Assembly: GCA_030526225.1 (NCBI GenBank)
Contig: JAUNDF010000001.1
Location: 17,885-49,884 of the forward strand
Source of the DNA: Clostridia bacterium
GTDB lineage: Bacteria > Bacillota > Clostridia > Christensenellales > Aristaeellaceae
Length of the DNA: 32,000 bases
Direction: 5' to 3'
The position numbers and the translations under genes are program-made. Positions 27,733 through 32,000 of this stretch are shown piece after piece; position 1 is the first letter of the stretch, and each line of letters opens with the position of its first letter. Below the pieces are notes generated by a model, which saw nothing but the letters and a program-made list of their open reading frames with translations, was not told the origin of the DNA and did not search any database.

Positions 27733-27760
27733 GATTCAGGGGGAAAGCTCCCCCTGAATC
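27733..27760. terminator. Perfect 12-bp hairpin just downstream of jag (atypical terminator or RNA-stability hairpin)
   Basis: GATTCAGGGGGA-aagc-TCCCCCTGAATC lies 10 nt after the jag stop. On the minus (transcribed) strand no T-run follows it. A T-run follows only on the plus strand. Confidence 0.45.
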
Positions 27761-27769
27761 AGATTTTGA

Positions 27770-28648
27770 TTACTTGCGCAGTGCAATCACAATGCGGCGG
27801 TTGGGCTCTTCACCCTCGCTGTGGGTATCCACCAGCTCGTTGCCCTGCAGGGCGCTGTGAATGATGCGGCGCTCGTAGGGGTTCATGGGCTCCAGGGCCA
27901 CACGGCGGCCGGTCTTCACGGCACGGTTGGCCATGCGGTTGGCCAGACGAATCAGGGTATCCTCACGCTTGGCGCGATAGTTCTCGGTATCCAGAGTCAC
28001 GCGGGTGTAGCCTTCCTGGCCGCGGTTGACCTTCAGGCTGGTGAGGTACTGCAGAGCGTCCAGGGTTTCGCCGCGGCGGCCAATCAGGATGCCCAGGGTA
28101 TCGCCGGTCATGTTGACGAACACGTTGCCTTCAGCATCCAGGCTGACGGCAATCTCCACCTCAACGCCCATCAGGCGGGTCATTTCCTTCAGGAACAGGA
28201 AAGCCTTGCCGGCGGCGGTTTCTTCAGTCAGCTGCTCTGCAGCCACGGGGGTGGTCACAGGCTTTTCAAGGGGCTGTACAGGTGCCTTGGGGGGCAGCGG
28301 CTTCTTGGCGGGCTTGTTGTCCTCAGCCTTTTCCTTCTTCTCGGCAGCCTTCTTCTCAACAGGCTTCTTGGCAGCCTTGGGCTTTTCCTGCTTGGGGGCT
28401 TCAGCCTTGGGCTGCTTGGCGGGCTTCAGGGTTTCTTCCACGGAGAAGGCATCCAGAATGGGGTCCTTCTCTTCGCCCTTCATGGTCAGGCGAACCTTGG
28501 CGGGACGGGAGCCGAACAGGCCGAACAGACCCTTGCTGCCCTCCTGCAGGACGGTGATTTCAACATCGGCAGCAGAGGCATTCAGCTCCTGCAGGCCCAG
28601 TGCGATGGCTTCCTCGGTGGTTTTTGCGGTTGCTTCGTAGCTTCTCAT
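27770..28648 (-). CDS. jag: RNA-binding protein Jag/KhpB (Jag_N + KH + R3H domains)
   Basis: 292 aa. N-terminus EATAKTTEEAIALGLQEL, a K/E/P/A-rich linker, and a C-terminal R3H region (LEPMNPYERRIIHSAL). The ATG overlaps the yidC stop (ATGA). Its position after yidC is canonical. TAA stop. Confidence 0.9.
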   Translation of the reverse strand: MRSYEATAKTTEEAIALGLQELNASAADVEITVLQEGSKGLFGLFGSRPAKVRLTMKGEEKDPILDAFSVEETLKPAKQPKAEAPKQEKPKAAKKPVEKKAAEKKEKAEDNKPAKKPLPPKAPVQPLEKPVTTPVAAEQLTEETAAGKAFLFLKEMTRLMGVEVEIAVSLDAEGNVFVNMTGDTLGILIGRRGETLDALQYLTSLKVNRGQEGYTRVTLDTENYRAKREDTLIRLANRMANRAVKTGRRVALEPMNPYERRIIHSALQGNELVDTHSEGEEPNRRIVIALRK

Positions 28649-29637
28649 TTGATGGAAACCTCCACATCTGCGTTCTTCTTATCCTTTGCATCCAGATACT
28701 TGTTGATGCCCCAGTTCTGGACAGAGGCAATGACGTTGCTGGTTACCCAGTAAATGGAGAAGATGGCGTTGTAGCTGGAGCAGATCCACAGGGAGAACAG
28801 GGGGAAGAACCACTTCATGAAGTTGCCGGTGGACTGCTGCTGGGCATCACCTGCAGGGGCGGTGGGCTGTACCAGGGTCATCAGGTACTGGGTGCCGGCA
28901 GCCAGCAGGGGCAGAATGAACAGACCGTTGTAGTGCTGCATCACGGTGATGGAGGTAATCCACAGGTTCATGTTGGTCAGACCGGGGATGCCGGCGGTCA
29001 TGGCCTGATAGGCGGGCTGGGTGGCCAGGAAGGAGAAGATGCTCTCGATGGTACCGTTCAGGTTGCCGGAGGCAAAGCTTTCCATGGTCAGGCCCAGCTC
29101 AGCGGGCAGGTTTGCGGCACCGTTGCCCAGGGCGGCAAAGGCATTCTGCCACAGGGAGGCATCGGTAATCATCCGCAGGGCGTTGTGGTCAGGCCACACA
29201 GAGGCGAAGGGGCTGTCAGCCACCCAGATGTTCTTAATCCACAGCCAGCTTTCCAGCACAGGCTCCTGACCCTGCAGCATGGCAAACACCTGATTGATCA
29301 GGTTCTGGTTGGCAACCATACGCATGGCACCGAACATGGCGTACAGAATCGGCAGGGTCAACAGCATGGGCAGGCAGCCGCCGATGGGGTTGATTTTTTC
29401 CTTTCTGTACAGCTCGGAGAGCTTCTGGTTCATCTTTTCCTGATCCTTGGCGTACTTCTTCTGAATCGCCGCAATCTGGGGCTGAACCTTGGTCATGTTG
29501 CGCATGGACACGCGGCTCTTGTAGTCGAAGGGCATCAGGACCAAACGGATCAGCAGGGTGAATACAACGACGGCCCAGCCGTAGTTGCCCACAAAGCCGT
29601 TGATCCCATTGAGGATGGAGCAAAGGAACTCATTCAT
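28645..29637 (-). CDS. yidC: Membrane protein insertase YidC/Oxa1 family
   Basis: 330 aa with motifs IRLVLMPF, MTKVQPQIAAIQKKY and INPIGGCLPMLLTLPIL. TGA stop. Confidence 0.93.
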   Translation of the reverse strand: MNEFLCSILNGINGFVGNYGWAVVVFTLLIRLVLMPFDYKSRVSMRNMTKVQPQIAAIQKKYAKDQEKMNQKLSELYRKEKINPIGGCLPMLLTLPILYAMFGAMRMVANQNLINQVFAMLQGQEPVLESWLWIKNIWVADSPFASVWPDHNALRMITDASLWQNAFAALGNGAANLPAELGLTMESFASGNLNGTIESIFSFLATQPAYQAMTAGIPGLTNMNLWITSITVMQHYNGLFILPLLAAGTQYLMTLVQPTAPAGDAQQQSTGNFMKWFFPLFSLWICSSYNAIFSIYWVTSNVIASVQNWGINKYLDAKDKKNADVEVSIK

Positions 29638-29643
29638 GGTTTG

Positions 29644-29883
29644 TTATTCCCTCCTAATGGTGGTTACGGGGTCCTCGGGTACCGGATCGTATCCGCCTTT
29701 GGAAAAAGGATTGCAGCGGATGATGCGCCACAGGGCCATGCCCCCGCCCTTCACCGCGCCGTATCGCTCCACTGCCTTCAGGGCATAGCAGGAGCAGGTG
29801 GGTGTGTAGCGGCAGCAGGGACGCTTGGCGGGGCTGATTTTCTTCCGGTAGAAGCGAATCAGCCGCAGCAGAAGCCGTTTCAT
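29644..29883 (-). CDS. yidD: Membrane protein insertion efficiency factor YidD
   Basis: 79 aa with the signature [11 protein letters not shown]...[14 protein letters not shown]. The ATG overlaps the rnpA stop (ATGA). TAA stop. Confidence 0.92.
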   Translation of the reverse strand: MKRLLLRLIRFYRKKISPAKRPCCRYTPTCSCYALKAVERYGAVKGGGMALWRIIRCNPFSKGGYDPVPEDPVTTIRRE

Positions 29884-30224
29884 TCAGCGCGATTCCCTTC
29901 CTTGAGAGCCTCCTGCTTTCTCAGCAGGTAATTGACATCCTTCTCAAGCTGCTTGAAGGTGGCTTTTGCGGCAGAAGGTCTGGCTACGACAACGTACAGG
30001 CCGTTTTTCACATCCCCCAGATAGGGCCGAAAGCATTCACGCAGGCGGCGCTTGACCAGATTGCGGGTCACGGCGTTGCCTACCTTCTTGCTGACGGAAA
30101 AACCGACCTGCATGGTTTTGCTCTTTGCGCAAAGCATGACCAGATTGCGGCAGGCAGCATGCTTCCCGCGGCGGTACACATACTGGAATGCCTTGTTCTT
30201 CTGCAGCCGATAACGTCTTTCCAT
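29880..30224 (-). CDS. rnpA: Ribonuclease P protein component
   Basis: 114-aa basic protein containing [18 protein letters not shown] (the RNR motif region), between rpmH and yidD. TGA stop. Confidence 0.92.
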   Translation of the reverse strand: MERRYRLQKNKAFQYVYRRGKHAACRNLVMLCAKSKTMQVGFSVSKKVGNAVTRNLVKRRLRECFRPYLGDVKNGLYVVVARPSAAKATFKQLEKDVNYLLRKQEALKEGNRAE

Positions 30225-30303
30225 TGCTTCATTTCCTTTTCCGGCAGTTTTCAGCGGATTTTCCCGATGCTTGACTGCATCCCGGGAATCCCCTTTTATG
30301 CAG

Positions 30304-30341
30304 GAAAAGCCCGCCCATACGCGGAAACGTCTGGGTGGGCT
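30304..30341 (-). terminator. Hairpin + T-run between rpmH and rnpA (partial terminator/attenuator)
   Basis: Minus strand: AGCCCACCCA-n14-TGGGCGGGCT followed by TTTTCC, within a 147-nt rpmH-rnpA spacer. Confidence 0.45.
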
Positions 30342-30371
30342 CGATCCTCAATACTTGACCAACAGTCAATA

Positions 30372-30506
30372 TCAGACAGTCAGTTCCTTGCGGCCGCGAC
30401 GACGACGTGCAGCCAGCACACGGCGGCCGTTCTTGGTGGCCATACGTGCACGGAAGCCATGCACCTTGCTGCGATGGCGCTTCTTGGGCTGGTAGGTACG
30501 GAACAT
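30372..30506 (-). CDS. rpmH: 50S ribosomal protein L34
   Basis: Not in the ORF track (44 aa). Hand translation gives [57 protein letters not shown] stop. Confidence 0.93.
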   Translation of the reverse strand: MFRTYQPKKRHRSKVHGFRARMATKNGRRVLAARRRRGRKELTV

Positions 30507-30569
30507 GCTCAACACTCCTTCATGCTTTCAATCGGATAAACCGACTCAAATATCAATAACAGCCTTTAC

Positions 30570-30598
30570 AGTATAACGGATTCGTCAAGAGTTGTCAA
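30570..30598 (-). promoter_or_regulatory. Consensus-like rpmH promoter (TTGACA-N17-TATACT)
   Basis: On the minus strand, -35 TTGACA is at 30593-30598 and -10 TATACT at 30570-30575 with a 17-nt spacer. Confidence 0.6.
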
Positions 30599-30672
30599 TA
30601 GCTTTGTGGGCTGTTTCGGTTTGTTTCGGGCCACTCAGGTCAATTTCGCCTGTTGTGCATCCAAATGGCTTT

Positions 30673-31344
30673 TCAAATCAGCCCCTTGACCTTCAGGGCC
30701 TCCTTCAGCGCCTTTGCACCAAAGCGGGGGCTGGAAAGCACCGGCTTGCCAAAGAGGTCCGCAAGGTATTCCTCACAATAGGCCATGGAGCCCTGGGCCA
30801 GCAGAATCACATCCGCCTTATCCGCAACGGTACCGGCGGCTTCTGCCATGCGGGCACGGAACTGCTCCTGATTGAGCCCGAAGGCACCGTCCACCAGGCA
30901 ATCCACGATTTCCACATGTCTGCCCATTTCCCGCGCCACCCGCTTGACCGTGTTCTTTGTCGGCTCAAGGGTGGTGGGAAGCGTTGCCATCACCGCAATG
31001 CGATTGCCCTTGCGGACAGCCTCCCGGCACATTTCTTCATCCACCCGGACAATGGGGACACCTAGATAGCGGGCAGCATCCTGCATGCAGTCAGCTACCT
31101 CCCCCACGGATGAGCACAGGTTCAGGATGGCATCACAGCCCTCCTCCACAGCCTTCATATACATCCCGATGAGCCGCGCCGCAGGAGCCGCGGTCACATA
31201 GCCGGTCTCCCGCACTTCATCCAGCACGGAAGAATCCTGCAGACTGTACAGCTCTGCCTCGTACCCTAGGCTGCTGCGCACCTCGCGCTCCACCAGCTCC
31301 GTCAACTCGGGGGTTGTAATCGTATACACCAATCCGACCTTCAT
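30673..31344 (-). CDS. Asp/Glu/hydantoin racemase family protein
   Basis: Start trimmed to the ATG at 31344 (AAGAAGG RBS), MKVGLVYTITTP.... 223 aa. Conserved Cys-containing segments (ILNLCSS... and ILLAQGSMA) fit the Asp/Glu racemase superfamily. TGA stop. Confidence 0.6.
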   Translation of the reverse strand: MKVGLVYTITTPELTELVEREVRSSLGYEAELYSLQDSSVLDEVRETGYVTAAPAARLIGMYMKAVEEGCDAILNLCSSVGEVADCMQDAARYLGVPIVRVDEEMCREAVRKGNRIAVMATLPTTLEPTKNTVKRVAREMGRHVEIVDCLVDGAFGLNQEQFRARMAEAAGTVADKADVILLAQGSMAYCEEYLADLFGKPVLSSPRFGAKALKEALKVKGLI

Positions 31345-31402
31345 AAACTGCCTTCTTTCATATTGACATGCTTCACTGCTTCGGAAGAAATGCTCCATGT
31401 CC

Positions 31403-31431
31403 ATTATATTGATGGATTTCATGTTTGTCAT
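31403..31431 (-). promoter_or_regulatory. Putative promoter (ATGACA-N17-TATAAT) of the racemase-family gene
   Basis: On the minus strand, -35 ATGACA is at 31426-31431 and -10 TATAAT at 31403-31408. Confidence 0.45.
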
Positions 31432-31476
31432 TTCTTTTCTAAAGATTTTCATTGAAAGAAATCATGCCGCGGACAT

Positions 31477-31502
31477 GAAAAAAGGACTGCCGGAGCAGTC
31501 CT
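31477..31502 (-). terminator. Rho-independent terminator after the partial gene at the window end
   Basis: Minus strand: AGGACTGC-tccg-GCAGTCCT followed by TTTTTT. Confidence 0.65.
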
Positions 31503-31552
31503 CTTCAATCAGGTTTATTCGTTTTTCGGCTTACCGTTTTCAGACCTGCAGC

Positions 31553-32000
31553 TTATTCAAAGGACAGGCTGTCCAGAATGGCGCCGCCTTCCGTGCCTTC
31601 GTTGATGTTGATTTTTCCGGTTTCAATCTTGATGCAGATGTAAGAGGTATCACTGAGCGCAGCGTTGTATTCTGTCCACACCTTGTTCTGATAGGTGTAG
31701 GTGCGGCCGGTCATTTCCATGCCGGCGATGGTGCGGGAGGGTGCTTCGGCCAGATTGGTAAAGGAAGCCAGATTGCGGTCAGCACCTTCCTGATTAGGTT
31801 CCACGGCAATAATCAAAGAGGGGTACTTGCTCTCGTTGCCGATGGTCTGCTTCAGCTTCAGCTCGGCGCCGCTGGTATCGGCAATCCAGCCGCGGACGGG
31901 CATCTGCCCCTTTACATGAACATCCGTGGCCTTGAAGCGGGTCAGGGTATGCTCAATGGGCTGCATTTCCAGACAAGCATTGGCAGCGAGCCAGTCCGTC
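31553..32000 (-). CDS. Hypothetical protein, C-terminal part (frame stays open to the window edge)
   Basis: The track ORF starts at the M at 31966, but the same frame has no stop up to base 32000 (..TDWLAANACLEMQPIEH..). The gene therefore probably begins outside the window. TAA stop. No family recognised. Confidence 0.5.
   Translation of the reverse strand, partial: TDWLAANACLEMQPIEHTLTRFKATDVHVKGQMPVRGWIADTSGAELKLKQTIGNESKYPSLIIAVEPNQEGADRNLASFTNLAEAPSRTIAGMEMTGRTYTYQNKVWTEYNAALSDTSYICIKIETGKININEGTEGGAILDSLSFE

Noticed and set aside
30507-30672. Possible oriC / DnaA boxes upstream of rpmH
   Set aside because: There are only isolated weak half-matches (for example TTATCCGAT on the minus strand, and TGTGGGC). 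There is no cluster and no AT-rich DUE. The region is fully explained by a consensus-like rpmH promoter and 5' UTR.

Overview
GC-rich chromosomal core region with strong third-position GC bias, which produces many long antisense shadow ORFs. The proteins look Clostridia-like (Oscillospiraceae/Faecalibacterium-like), judged from memory only and not searched. The plus strand carries the heat-shock operon hrcA(partial)-grpE-dnaK-dnaJ (1-4093). It converges at about 4.1 kb, across two terminators, on 27 consecutive minus-strand genes. In order these are: a cytidylate-kinase-like protein, a tyrosine phosphatase, a STAS/kinase-like fusion, a secreted MBL + lamin-tail protein, an IMPase-family protein, a metallophosphoesterase, two membrane proteins (one an untracked 50-aa ORF), uvrB, three tandem uncharacterised exported proteins, dus, a DUF1680-like protein, mreB, a J-domain protein, a DUF5685-like protein, a large SH3b/Ig-repeat surface protein, another secreted protein, rpsT, jag-yidC-yidD-rnpA-rpmH, an Asp/Glu-racemase-family gene and a partial unknown gene. 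I found no tRNA, rRNA, CRISPR array, transposase or integrase, and no recognisable defence or toxin system. The main oddity is that two conserved housekeeping genes, dnaJ and dus, are each broken by a single in-frame TAG. None of the 31 CDS I call ends in TAG (13 TAA, 18 TGA). Nonsense mutation, sequence error and amber suppression or recoding cannot be separated from this window alone. Secondary items are a translationally coupled trio of exported proteins of unknown function, a STAS domain fused to a eukaryotic-like/APH-fold kinase domain next to a tyrosine phosphatase, a coupled DUF5685-like + J-domain/Cys-tail pair upstream of mreB, and rpmH without an adjacent dnaA or oriC. Promoter and terminator calls come from motif reading by eye and are modest-confidence.
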